A DNA stretch of 64,000 nucleotides, taken from the NCBI GenBank assembly GCA_963664705.1, contig OY761556.1, positions 3,392,001-3,456,000 on the forward strand. The letters run 5' to 3'. Under the pieces are notes generated by a model, which saw only the letters and a program-made list of their open reading frames with translations, made no database searches and was not told where the DNA came from. Numbering within the stretch: position 1 is the first letter of the stretch; each line of letters begins with the position of its first letter. Source of the stretch: Acidobacteriota bacterium. Lineage in GTDB: Bacteria; Acidobacteriota; UBA6911. The translations under genes were made by a program, and so were the position numbers. Below, piece by piece: positions 18,313 through 27,807 of this stretch.

Positions 18313-19656
18313 ATGCTCAACAGCCAGACAATTGGAAAGTTGCTTCCGCCTTCTCTGCAGAATAGATCCGAACGGGTCGCCTTCCTTGCCCTGGCAGGCA
18401 GCATCTCGCTCGTCCTTGTTTCAATCGCCGCATCTCAGGCTTTGCTCGCCGTCGCCATCCTGGGATTCATCTGGGTCCTCAAAAAATACAAAGGCACAAT
18501 ACCTCCCGGAATGCAGATTCTGGCGCCGCTGATCACTTTCATGATCTGGACGCTGATCACCATTCTGGCGTCCAACAACGTCACGCTCGGAATGCAGGGA
18601 GCCAAGAAGTTTTTTCTATTTCTACTGGTACCGATTGTTCCGCTTCTGATGCGCGGACGCGGCCGAACGGATTGGGTCTATAAAGCCATCTTCTTTGTTG
18701 CGGTCGTTTCCTCCCTGAAGGGTCTTGCACAGTTCGCAGCCAATCCGGATAGAGATTTGCTCCATCGAATCTCAGGGTTCATGAGTCAGTGGATGACCTA
18801 CTCCGGGCTGCTCATGCTGGTATTGGTGCTTCTGACGGCGTATGCATTCTGCAACGGCATACAAAGACATCTATGGGTGATCCCGGCCGGCGTGTTTATA
18901 GTCCTTGCGCTCCTTCTTTCACTGACTCGGAACTCCTGGATGGGCGCCATAGCCGGCATAGTCGTCCTGGTCCTGTTAAGGCGTCCACGCGCATTTGTCT
19001 TTTTGCTTGCCTCTATTCTGATCTTGTATGCCTTGGCTCCCGGTCAGGTCAAACAAAGGATCCAATCGATCGTCGATACAAGCGATCCACGCTCTCATGT
19101 ATACATGACAGCGCTGCATATGATCCAAGACCATCCATGGCTTGGAGTCGGCCCAAAAAATGTCAGCGTTGAAGCGCTGAAATACCGAGATGTCGAGCAT
19201 TTCCCGGATTGGCTGAAGCGGGTTCTCGGTCTGATTTCGACACCATCAAAATACCAGGAAGAAGAAAAGGAGTACCCGGGCTGGCTATACCAGCACATGC
19301 ACAACAACTTTTTGCAGATTGCGGCTGAGACCGGCCTCCCTGGCCTGGCAATCTGGCTCTGGTTCATGTGCAGGCTCGCCTGGGATGCGTGGGGATGCTA
19401 TCGATTTGCAAAAAGCGTTCAGTTCCCAGGCGATGACAGCCTTCGCAGAGAAGCGCTGACAGCCTCCACGGCTGCACTCGCCGCCTCAGCGGCACTCCTG
19501 GTCGCAGGAATGTTTGAATATAATTTCGGAGACTCGGAAGTTCTCACACTGTTCCTTTTCATTATGAGCGTGCCTTACGCATTTGCGGTTTCAGAGACGG
19601 ATTTACAGCGAGCCGGATCGAATGGAGCGATTTCGACCGGCCCGGCAGAGCTCTAA
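18313..19656 (+). CDS. O-antigen ligase (WaaL/Wzy_C family)
   Basis: Multi-TM; LSLTRNSWMG, DHPWLGVG, HMHNNFLQIAAETG; start MLNSQ at 18313. Confidence 0.85.
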   Translation: MLNSQTIGKLLPPSLQNRSERVAFLALAGSISLVLVSIAASQALLAVAILGFIWVLKKYKGTIPPGMQILAPLITFMIWTLITILASNNVTLGMQGAKKFFLFLLVPIVPLLMRGRGRTDWVYKAIFFVAVVSSLKGLAQFAANPDRDLLHRISGFMSQWMTYSGLLMLVLVLLTAYAFCNGIQRHLWVIPAGVFIVLALLLSLTRNSWMGAIAGIVVLVLLRRPRAFVFLLASILILYALAPGQVKQRIQSIVDTSDPRSHVYMTALHMIQDHPWLGVGPKNVSVEALKYRDVEHFPDWLKRVLGLISTPSKYQEEEKEYPGWLYQHMHNNFLQIAAETGLPGLAIWLWFMCRLAWDAWGCYRFAKSVQFPGDDSLRREALTASTAALAASAALLVAGMFEYNFGDSEVLTLFLFIMSVPYAFAVSETDLQRAGSNGAISTGPAEL

Positions 19657-19677
19657 CCCGGAAATATACGGTTTCCA

Positions 19678-20775
19678 TTGAAGATAGCAATTCTCGGCAC
19701 ACGCGGGATTCCTGCAAACTATGGCGGATTTGAAACCTTTGCAGAGGAATGCGCAGCGGGGCTCGTGGCCAGGGGCCACGAAGTTACGGTTTACGGTCGA
19801 TCCCATTACGTGCCCGGAACCGTAAAGTCGCATCGCGGCGCCACGGTCATCGTTCTGCCAACGCTGCAAATGAAGTATACCGATACGGTTGTTCACACCT
19901 TTCTGTCGGTTCTTCATTCGCTTTTTCGGAATTATGACCTTATTCTGATCTGCAATGCCGCAAACAGCATTTTTGCGTGGATTCCACGCATTTTCGGCAC
20001 TCCCGTGGCCGTCAACGTGGACGGAATCGAACGGATGCGTCGAAAATGGAACTGGCTCGGCCGCGCCTACTACCGGATATCGGAGTATCTCTCCACCTGC
20101 TTTCCCAGTGAGATCATAACGGATGCCAGGGTGATCGAACGTTATTACAGGGAACAATACAAAACCGAATCTGTTTTTATCCCGTATGGAGCAAGAACCG
20201 CCAGAATTGCGGGTCAGGCAACCCTGGATCGGCTCGGACTGAGCCCGGGAGATTATTTTCTGTACGTTAGCCGCTTTGAACCGGAAAACAATCCTCTTCT
20301 TGTCGTCAAAGCATTCGAAAAGATCCGGACACAACGGAAGCTGGTGATGGTTGGAGATGCGCCCTACTCCGCCCAATACATTCAAAAAGTGAGGGAAACC
20401 CAAGACCCGCGGATCCTGTTCCCGGGGACTGTATATGGGGAAGGCTATTGGGAATTGCAGGCCAATGCCTTCTGCTACATTCACGCAACCGAGGTCGGCG
20501 GCACCCACCCGGCCCTCATCGAGGCTATGGGCCAGGGAAATCTCATCATTGCCAACAACACTCCGGAAAATTCCGAGACTCTCGGCGGATGCGGGATTCT
20601 GTACGACAGAAACGACGTGGAATCCCTTAGTCAATGCCTCCAGTCGGTCGCCGATAACCCCAGCGAACACAAGGAATTGAAAAAAGCAGCGCTGGATCGG
20701 ATCCATTCGGTATATTCCTGGGATGCGGTGATTGATCAATACGAGCGGCTGTTCTTAAGAATGGTAAAAAAATAG
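19678..20775 (+). CDS. GT4 glycosyltransferase with DUF1972-type N-terminus
   Basis: KIAILGTRGIPANYGGFETF, NVDGIE, RFEPENN, EVGGTHPALIEAM; TTG start. Confidence 0.9.
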   Translation: MKIAILGTRGIPANYGGFETFAEECAAGLVARGHEVTVYGRSHYVPGTVKSHRGATVIVLPTLQMKYTDTVVHTFLSVLHSLFRNYDLILICNAANSIFAWIPRIFGTPVAVNVDGIERMRRKWNWLGRAYYRISEYLSTCFPSEIITDARVIERYYREQYKTESVFIPYGARTARIAGQATLDRLGLSPGDYFLYVSRFEPENNPLLVVKAFEKIRTQRKLVMVGDAPYSAQYIQKVRETQDPRILFPGTVYGEGYWELQANAFCYIHATEVGGTHPALIEAMGQGNLIIANNTPENSETLGGCGILYDRNDVESLSQCLQSVADNPSEHKELKKAALDRIHSVYSWDAVIDQYERLFLRMVKK

Positions 20776-20776
20776 T

Positions 20777-20818
20777 CTCCCGGCTCCGGTCGCCTCTCCC
20801 CTGACTTCTGGCTTCTTC
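20777..20818. repeat. Degenerate heptamer tandem repeat (CTYCTGR-like x6)
   Basis: CTCCCGG CTCCGGT CGCCTCT CCCCTGA CTTCTGG CTTCTTC immediately after the GT4 stop. Confidence 0.45.
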
Positions 20819-20864
20819 AAAAGACCATCCCGGTTTATAATTCGCGGCTTGCACGAGGCACTAT

Positions 20865-21707
20865 ATGCAATCAGACGGGAGAACGCTCCCTTTCATGATT
20901 CCATGGGTTATTCTGTCCAACTTTCTGAAGAAGATCTATCTTCAGCGGAGCCTGATCCGCAATTTCGTTATCAGGGATTTGAAGGCGCGGTACATCGGGT
21001 CCTTTATGGGCCTTTTCTGGAGCGTCATTCATCCGATTGTGCTGTTGGTCAGCTATAGCTTTGTCTTTGTCATCATTTTCAAACAGGTGCCCAAGCCGGA
21101 AACAGGGACGGATAATTTCCCCTTATTTCTATTCTGCAGCATCCTTCCCTGGCTCTTTTTCCAGGACACGCTTCAGCGATCGAGCACCGTGCTTATCGAC
21201 AATGCCAACCTGGTGACCAAAACGCTGTTTCCCAGCGAAATCCTGCCATTGGCAGTGGCACTGGCCGGGCTTGTCAATCATCTGATCGGGTTTGCGATTC
21301 TACTCGTCATTATTTTCTTTACGATAGGAAAGATCAGCATTTTCATCCTCCTGGTCCCGGTTTATTTCCTGATGCTCATGCTTTTTACTCTGGGTGTCTC
21401 CTGGTTTGTTTCCAGCCTGAACGTCTTTGTGCGTGATGTTTCCCAGGTTCTCACCGTCATTCTGACGTTCTGGTTCTGGTTTACGCCTATCTTTTACACG
21501 GCAGACAGGTTTCCGGCCAAGCTGATGATTCTGATCCGGCTGAATCCCATGGCCCATGTTGTCGTGGGATACCGGGATTGTCTGCTTCGCAGGCAAATGC
21601 CCGACATGAAAATTCTGGCTATCCTGACAACCGTATCGGTTGTGATCTTCATGGTGGGTGGTCTCTTTTTCCGAAAAACAAAGCGCGAATTTGTGGATGT
21701 CCTCTAA
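20865..21707 (+). CDS. wzm: Polysaccharide ABC transporter permease
   Basis: RDLKARYIGS.MGLFWS, FLFCSILPW, RDVSQV, TPIFY, LNPM, KREFVDVL; the true start may be slightly downstream. Confidence 0.9.
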   Translation: MQSDGRTLPFMIPWVILSNFLKKIYLQRSLIRNFVIRDLKARYIGSFMGLFWSVIHPIVLLVSYSFVFVIIFKQVPKPETGTDNFPLFLFCSILPWLFFQDTLQRSSTVLIDNANLVTKTLFPSEILPLAVALAGLVNHLIGFAILLVIIFFTIGKISIFILLVPVYFLMLMLFTLGVSWFVSSLNVFVRDVSQVLTVILTFWFWFTPIFYTADRFPAKLMILIRLNPMAHVVVGYRDCLLRRQMPDMKILAILTTVSVVIFMVGGLFFRKTKREFVDVL

Positions 21708-23029
21708 TGGCAGTGATCACGGTCCGGCACCTTTCAAAAAAATATAGAATCTACGATCGCCCGTGGGACAAACTGCGCGAACTGGTCGGATTCGGATCGA
21801 CAAAGCTGCATCGTGAATTCTGGGCACTGGAAGATATCTCGTTCGAACTGGAAGCCGGGCAGACACTGGGAATCATCGGACAGAACGGGTCCGGGAAAAG
21901 TACGCTGCTTCAGATCCTCGCAGGCATCATGAGCCAGACGCTCGGAGACTGCCTGGTCTCTGGAAAAGTGTCCGCATTGCTGGAACTGGGCTCAGGGTTT
22001 AATCCGGAATTCACCGGACGTGAAAATGTCTATATGAATGGCGCAATCCTGGGTCTGGACACGCGGGAGATGGACAAGCGCTTTGATCGGGTCGCCGCCT
22101 TTGCTGAAATCGGCGACTTCATCGATCAGCCGGTCAAAACTTATTCCAGCGGGATGTTCATGCGGCTGGCCTTTGCAGTGGCCGTGAATGTCGACCCGGA
22201 TATTCTTCTTGTAGATGAAGCGCTGGCCGTTGGCGATCTGATTTTTCAGCACCGGTGCATGCACCGGATGAATTCTCTGCGCGATAGCGGGAAGACTACC
22301 GTCTTCGTGACCCATGACCTGGAAGCCATTACAAAGTTCTGCGACCGGGCGATACTCCTCGACGGCGGACGGCTTCTCGAGGACGGAAGACCGGATGTGG
22401 TTGTACAGAAATATCGTGCACTGATGTTTGAACGGGAACGCAAATACGGCGGCTTCGATGGGACTGCGATCCCAGGCATGGCAGAGCTGCGCGCCGAAAA
22501 GGAAATGCCGGTCGCCCGTACGATCCCCAACATCGATCACCGGTTTGGCAATGGCGAGGCGCTGATTCTGGGGGTTGAATTGCTCGACAGCTCCGAAAAA
22601 ACAGTTTCGCAGGTTGTGGGGGGGCAAACGGCCATCATCCGCGTTTCCGTTCAACTCAAGCAGGATATTGAGAGGCCAATCATAGGGTATACAATGCGCG
22701 ACCGGCTGGGCGTCGAGATATCGAGTTGTAACACGTCCTATGCGGGACGCCCCCTCCCTTCAGGAAAAGCAGGACAGATAATAACCAGCGACTTTTCGAT
22801 CAAATTCCCGGACCTGGCGCCCGGCAGTTACTCCATTTCGCCCGCGGTCGCCAAAGGAAGCATCCTGCGTCACGACCAATGCGATTGGATTGATAACGCT
22901 CTGGTATTTACTCTGGGATCGCAAAGTCTGATTTATGGCATGATGCGGATGGATGTCGAAGTGGAGAATTACATTTCACCCGCGATGCAGGATGAATCGC
23001 TGACAGATTCGGTTCCCGGACACGCTTGA
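21707..23029 (+). CDS. wzt: Polysaccharide ABC transporter ATPase with C-terminal Wzt_C carbohydrate-binding domain
   Basis: GQNGSGKST, YSSGMFMRLAF, VDEALAVGD; C-terminal RFGNGEA..Ig-like domain; TAATG coupling to wzm. Confidence 0.92.
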   Translation: MAVITVRHLSKKYRIYDRPWDKLRELVGFGSTKLHREFWALEDISFELEAGQTLGIIGQNGSGKSTLLQILAGIMSQTLGDCLVSGKVSALLELGSGFNPEFTGRENVYMNGAILGLDTREMDKRFDRVAAFAEIGDFIDQPVKTYSSGMFMRLAFAVAVNVDPDILLVDEALAVGDLIFQHRCMHRMNSLRDSGKTTVFVTHDLEAITKFCDRAILLDGGRLLEDGRPDVVVQKYRALMFERERKYGGFDGTAIPGMAELRAEKEMPVARTIPNIDHRFGNGEALILGVELLDSSEKTVSQVVGGQTAIIRVSVQLKQDIERPIIGYTMRDRLGVEISSCNTSYAGRPLPSGKAGQIITSDFSIKFPDLAPGSYSISPAVAKGSILRHDQCDWIDNALVFTLGSQSLIYGMMRMDVEVENYISPAMQDESLTDSVPGHA

Positions 23030-25416
23030 TCCGCGTTCCATGTATTCCCAATATGCTGTTTCGATTGCGTGCACTGCTATTCCTTGTCGTTACCGTACTG
23101 CTGCTTCCGGTTCTGCTGGCGGTATGGCTGACGATTGCTTTCTTCAACCTCATTTGCAGTCTTGCAGGAACCTCACAGCAGGACGGACCATCGAACATAC
23201 CGCCGAAATCCGACATTGCCTCCATCATTGTCCTGAATTGGAATGGCAAAGATCTTCTCGCACAAGGAATCCCTTCCATTCTGGAAGCCGTCCGGCGGGA
23301 TGGTCGTCCGCACGAAGTTATGGTTGTAGACAATGGCAGTACGGACGACTCCGTTCAATACATTGAAGCTAACTATCCTCAGATTCGCGTTCTTGCACTG
23401 AAGGAAAATATCGGATTCGCCGAAGGCAACAACGCCGGAGCCCAGGCTGCAAAAAACGATATCATCGTTCTCCTTAACAACGACATGGTGGTAGATCCGG
23501 GTTTTCTTGGTCCGCTGCTGGCTGGTTTCGGACCGAAGACTTTTGCGGTTTCCAGCCAGATCTTTCTTCAGGATACGGCAAAGAGACGGGAAGAGACGGG
23601 AAAAACCACGGCGGAATTCCGCCGCGGGATGGTTGATTATGCGCATCTCCCGATAGAAACGGAAAACCACCGCCCCCTGTACCCCGTATTCTGGGCAGGC
23701 GGCGGTTCCTCCGCATTTCATCGCGAAAAATTTCTGGCCCTGGGCGGATTTCACGACATCTATTCGCCGGCTTATGTTGAAGATACGGATATCTCGTATC
23801 AAGCCTGGAGGCTTGGATGGGAAGTTCTCCTGGCCCCGGAGTCGATTGTTTATCACAAACACAGAACCTCGACGGCACGCCGCTTCAACAAGTCCCAACT
23901 TCAGGCACTCGTTCTTCGCAACCAGTATCTTTTCATCTGGAAAAACATTCACAGCTGGCCTCTGCTGCTGTCACACGGTTTTTTTCTCCCGTGGAATTGC
24001 TACCGCCTGGCGCGTGATCACGGAATGGCAGCGTGGCGCGGCCTGTTCCAGGCGGTTCGCAAAATTCCATCGGTCGAGTCCCAAAGGCTCCAGGGAAGAC
24101 TCCGATCCGAGCGTACCGATCGACAGGTATTCAATCTCTTTAAAAGGCCGGCGCTTTTTTTTCGCGGACGCCAACGGTCTAAGTCAGAAGGCAAACCTCG
24201 CGTGCTCTGGGTAACGGCCTATCTGCCGCATACCGGCCGGCATGCAGGGGCAGGGCGCATGCTGCAATTGCTGAAACGCATGGCCACCAGATATCGAATC
24301 ACGCTTGCCACGTTTCTCGAAACCGATGAAGAGATCCATTTCCTGCCTGAAGCGGAACCGTATTGCGAGGAGATCATCGCCATGCGGCGTTCTCATCCGC
24401 CTCGCTGGCAGATTTTTCCCTACGAGCCCTTTGATGAGTTTTTAACGCCGGAAATGCTGCAGGCTGTCGATCGATTCCTTGAAGAACGCGATTTCGAACT
24501 GGTTCATCTCGAGTATACGCAAATGGGCGTCTATGCCGATCGTGCCAGCGGGATTCCCGTTCTCCTGACAAAGCATGAGGTAGATTTCGCGGCATGTGCG
24601 CGCAGGGCGCGAACGGAATCCAACCCAGTGCTGAAAATGCGCTGGTTCTACAATTATCTCCAGGTTCTTGATCGGGAGATACACCTGACAAAAAAGGTGA
24701 ATGCCGTGATCTGCATGACCGATCCGGATGCCAGGGAGTTGAAGAAATTCGCACCATACACTCCGGTTCATGTCATAAGCACGGGGGTTGACCTCGAATA
24801 TTTTTCACCGCCCGCCCGGCTTTCGGATGATCCGCGCCTGATTTTCGTCGGGGCTTTCCAACATTTGCCCAATGTTGAAGCCATGTTATTTTTCTGCAAG
24901 GATGTTCTCCCGGTCATACGAAAGGAAGTTCCCGGAATCGAGATGCTGATCGTGGGGAGCAACCCGCCGGCATCGATTGCCGCGCTGGCCTCTATCCCGG
25001 GAGTACAAGTCACCGGATTTGTCCCGGATATTCGCCCGTATATGGCGGACAGCGCCGTGTATGTGGTCCCACTTCGGCTGGGTGTGGGCATTCGCGGAAA
25101 GATCCTCGAAGCCTGGGGAATGGGGATGGCAGTCGTCACCACATCGGTAGGATGCGCAGGGCTGCAGTTTGAGCACGAGCGCAACCTGATGGTTGCGGAT
25201 ACGCCGGAACAATTGGCAAAAAGCGTAATCGCCCTTTTGAGGGACCCTGCCCGAAGACGCCGTTTGGGCAAAGAAGGCCGGAAGACAGTGGAGGAATTCT
25301 ATAGTTGGGACAGTTCAGCACAAAAACTGGATACTCTATATCAGCATATGATCGCTTCCTCTCAGCCCGTCCAGGCCAGCGGGCAATCGAAGCAGGGCTC
25401 AGGTAGAATCGAATGA
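23026..25416 (+). CDS. Bifunctional GT2 + GT4 glycosyltransferase
   Basis: N-terminal hydrophobic segment; GT2 IIVLNWNG/VDNGSTD/LLNND/EDTD; GT4 HLPNVEA/VVPLRLGVGIRGKILEAW. Confidence 0.88.
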   Translation: MIRVPCIPNMLFRLRALLFLVVTVLLLPVLLAVWLTIAFFNLICSLAGTSQQDGPSNIPPKSDIASIIVLNWNGKDLLAQGIPSILEAVRRDGRPHEVMVVDNGSTDDSVQYIEANYPQIRVLALKENIGFAEGNNAGAQAAKNDIIVLLNNDMVVDPGFLGPLLAGFGPKTFAVSSQIFLQDTAKRREETGKTTAEFRRGMVDYAHLPIETENHRPLYPVFWAGGGSSAFHREKFLALGGFHDIYSPAYVEDTDISYQAWRLGWEVLLAPESIVYHKHRTSTARRFNKSQLQALVLRNQYLFIWKNIHSWPLLLSHGFFLPWNCYRLARDHGMAAWRGLFQAVRKIPSVESQRLQGRLRSERTDRQVFNLFKRPALFFRGRQRSKSEGKPRVLWVTAYLPHTGRHAGAGRMLQLLKRMATRYRITLATFLETDEEIHFLPEAEPYCEEIIAMRRSHPPRWQIFPYEPFDEFLTPEMLQAVDRFLEERDFELVHLEYTQMGVYADRASGIPVLLTKHEVDFAACARRARTESNPVLKMRWFYNYLQVLDREIHLTKKVNAVICMTDPDARELKKFAPYTPVHVISTGVDLEYFSPPARLSDDPRLIFVGAFQHLPNVEAMLFFCKDVLPVIRKEVPGIEMLIVGSNPPASIAALASIPGVQVTGFVPDIRPYMADSAVYVVPLRLGVGIRGKILEAWGMGMAVVTTSVGCAGLQFEHERNLMVADTPEQLAKSVIALLRDPARRRRLGKEGRKTVEEFYSWDSSAQKLDTLYQHMIASSQPVQASGQSKQGSGRIE

Positions 25417-26408
25417 CACGCGTTCTTCTTATCGAAACGGCATCCCCGAAGCGGATTCTCGAAAAGGCTCGGCAGATTCTCGAATCCGGCGCATACACTG
25501 ATCCGGAAGTGTTTGTATTATGCGACGAGAAGAACAAACAGTCGTACAGCGGGATTTCGGGGCTTACCGTACTACCGCTATTTGCACCGTCATACTATCG
25601 CAACGTTCCTGAGCTTGGCGGAAATCCCTTTGATGAAGCGTTCGCCTTCTGGACCGGGGAAAAGCGTTTTCGCAGATGGAAACGTTTGAGTACCCGGATA
25701 AAGGCTGCCAGGACCTATATCCGAAGCGGGGACGGAAACGAATTCCGGCTTACCTGGAAGGCATACATCCGCCATGCCCTATTCCGGCTGCAACACCCTC
25801 TTCCCACGGATCACTGGGATTATGCAGAACCGGGGAGGACGCCGGAAGAAATCCTCATCATCCAATCCGCAGAACCTCCACATGTGCTGGAGGCTTTGCG
25901 CAGGCTGAAAGAAAAACCTCTGTTCGGCAATCCGTGTTATACGCTTTTCTGCCGCAACAAACCGGAAATAGTAAACGCCTTCCGCGGCGACCCGATGCTG
26001 CAGACGATCCTCCCGCATTTTGAAGTCCGCGACAGTTGGAGGCATCTTCGCACTTTGAGGCGACACCATTTCGATGCTGCCATACTCTTTCTGACCGGAG
26101 ACCCCAGCTATTGGAAGGTGAAGGTTTTCGCCTTTTTGCTTGGAGCTCGGAGGATTTTGATATTTAACGAATCATCCGACTGCTTTTTTTTCAATTTGCG
26201 CCAATGGCTCTCCCTTCTTTCACACAGGATTCAAATCCAGTCGCATCCCTTGCCGGGCATCCAATCGAGCCATTCAACTCGGATTCTGGTATCCTTAGGG
26301 CTCAAATTGTTGCTGCTACCATTCCGGTTTGTCTGGTTGCTTTTTGTTTGGCTCCGGCTGCGCAGTGCCGGTTTGAGATCGTCGAGACAGAGCCATGAAT
26401 ATTCGTGA
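25413..26408 (+). CDS. Hypothetical protein with two tandem Rossmann-like (GT-B N-domain-like) repeats and a C-terminal membrane anchor
   Basis: ATGA-coupled in the operon; repeats RVLLIETASP..FDEAFAFWTGE and EILIIQSAEP..FDAAILFLTGD. Confidence 0.7.
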   Translation: MTRVLLIETASPKRILEKARQILESGAYTDPEVFVLCDEKNKQSYSGISGLTVLPLFAPSYYRNVPELGGNPFDEAFAFWTGEKRFRRWKRLSTRIKAARTYIRSGDGNEFRLTWKAYIRHALFRLQHPLPTDHWDYAEPGRTPEEILIIQSAEPPHVLEALRRLKEKPLFGNPCYTLFCRNKPEIVNAFRGDPMLQTILPHFEVRDSWRHLRTLRRHHFDAAILFLTGDPSYWKVKVFAFLLGARRILIFNESSDCFFFNLRQWLSLLSHRIQIQSHPLPGIQSSHSTRILVSLGLKLLLLPFRFVWLLFVWLRLRSAGLRSSRQSHEYS

Positions 26409-27507
26409 TGATTGCCGTTACTTTCTTGGTCATAAACCCTGTCGGTTCCGTAGGGAATGCGATGGCTGCCCTTATTGCTCTCCCTTCGGGACGAGAGTAT
26501 TGATTATTAAACTGGCAGCCATGGGGGATGTATTGAGAACAACTCCATTGCTCCGCGGGCTGAGGGCCAAGCATCCCATTTGCCACATTACATGGCTGAC
26601 TGAACCGAATGTTGTGCCGATGCTTCAGGGAATTTCCGACATCGATCGGCTCCTTCCCTACACTCCCGACCATATTCTGCAAATGGAGATGGAGACGTTT
26701 GATGAACTCTACTGTTTTGACAAGGAACCCAGAGCCACTGCCCTGGCCGCAAAAATCGCCGCAGCGAGAAAGATCGGTTTCGGCATAAGTCCGATGGGAC
26801 ACACCATCTGCCTAAACACGGAATCCGAATACGCCTACAGGCTTGGCATCGATGATTCTCTAAAATTCCGCACCAACACCAAGACCTACCCGGAGCTTGT
26901 GTTTGACTGTGCGGGGCTTCCCTATGATGATCCTCAGGAATACATCCTGCCCGATTTGTCCACCGAAATCCGGGAAGGTGAGAGGTATCTTCAATCGCTC
27001 GGGGTAAGCCCCGGGGATCTCAAAATCGGGTTGAATACCGGCGCCGGGGATGTTTTCGCGACAAAGAAATGGACGGAAGAAGGATATATCCGACTAGCGG
27101 ATCGGCTGGCAAAGGAACTTGGCGCCAAGATACTACTATTGGGCGGGCCGGGAGAAATTGACCGGAACAGGAAAATCGCCGCGGCAACGCAGCAACCGGT
27201 CATTAACACCGGGAATGACAACCCAATCCGCAGATTTGCCGGAATTGTTGGCAATTGCAGCCTCATGGTCACGGGAGACACGCTGGCCATGCACATTGCG
27301 ATCGGCCTCAAGGTTCCGGTGGTGGTCATGCTCGGTCCCACGTGCCATCAGGAAATCGAGTTGTATGGTCGCGGAAATAAGCTCATCTCCAGCTTTGAGT
27401 GCAGCCCCTGCTACCGAGCCGTTTGCCCCAAAGAGCCCACGTGCATGGATGCAGTGGAAGTCGAGGCGGTATTCAAGTCTGTGGCGGGATTGCTGCAGAA
27501 ACAATAG
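26395..27507 (+). CDS. GT9 (LPS heptosyltransferase-family) glycosyltransferase
   Basis: IKLAAMGDVLRTTP, IGLNTGAG..KKW, TGDTLAMHIA, GPT, C-terminal CSPC. Confidence 0.9.
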   Translation: MNIRDDCRYFLGHKPCRFRRECDGCPYCSPFGTRVLIIKLAAMGDVLRTTPLLRGLRAKHPICHITWLTEPNVVPMLQGISDIDRLLPYTPDHILQMEMETFDELYCFDKEPRATALAAKIAAARKIGFGISPMGHTICLNTESEYAYRLGIDDSLKFRTNTKTYPELVFDCAGLPYDDPQEYILPDLSTEIREGERYLQSLGVSPGDLKIGLNTGAGDVFATKKWTEEGYIRLADRLAKELGAKILLLGGPGEIDRNRKIAAATQQPVINTGNDNPIRRFAGIVGNCSLMVTGDTLAMHIAIGLKVPVVVMLGPTCHQEIELYGRGNKLISSFECSPCYRAVCPKEPTCMDAVEVEAVFKSVAGLLQKQ

Positions 27508-27531
27508 CCGGTTGATCTCAGATCTGGGAAG

Positions 27532-27616
27532 GTCCGTCTTTGAGGATGAAGCAAATTGCGGCAATCCCATCCTTCCAGCCGATCTTCGTCCCTTCTGATG
27601 ATCCCTGCCACTGTAT
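27532..27616 (-). pseudogene. Decayed duplicate of the 3' end of the neighbouring GT2 gene
   Basis: 85-bp direct repeat of 27819-27904 with 6 substitutions and a 1-nt deletion. Confidence 0.85.
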
Positions 27617-27712
27617 TCTAATCGGGATTAAATCTGTCTGGCCTAACTCCCCCGGTGAGGCTGCGAGGCTGTGGATAGGAGTTTTTGCAAGCTATTTGTC
27701 AAGTGCGAAGCC

Positions 27713-27752
27713 CTGTGGAGTGCGGAGGCAAGCTCTGCACTCCACAGTTTTC
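27713..27752 (+). terminator. 15-bp stem hairpin with U-tract; terminator or REP-like element
   Basis: CTGTGGAGTGCGGAG-GCAAG-CTCTGCACTCCACAG followed by a T-rich tract. Confidence 0.7.
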
Positions 27753-27807
27753 TTTGCAAATAATATGCGTCAGCAGCGCCATGGAAGCGGCCAAGGGCAC
27801 CCCGGCA

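Noticed and set aside
19603-20739. 378-aa minus-strand ORF
   Set aside because: Antisense to a clear GT4 gene; codon-symmetry artefact.
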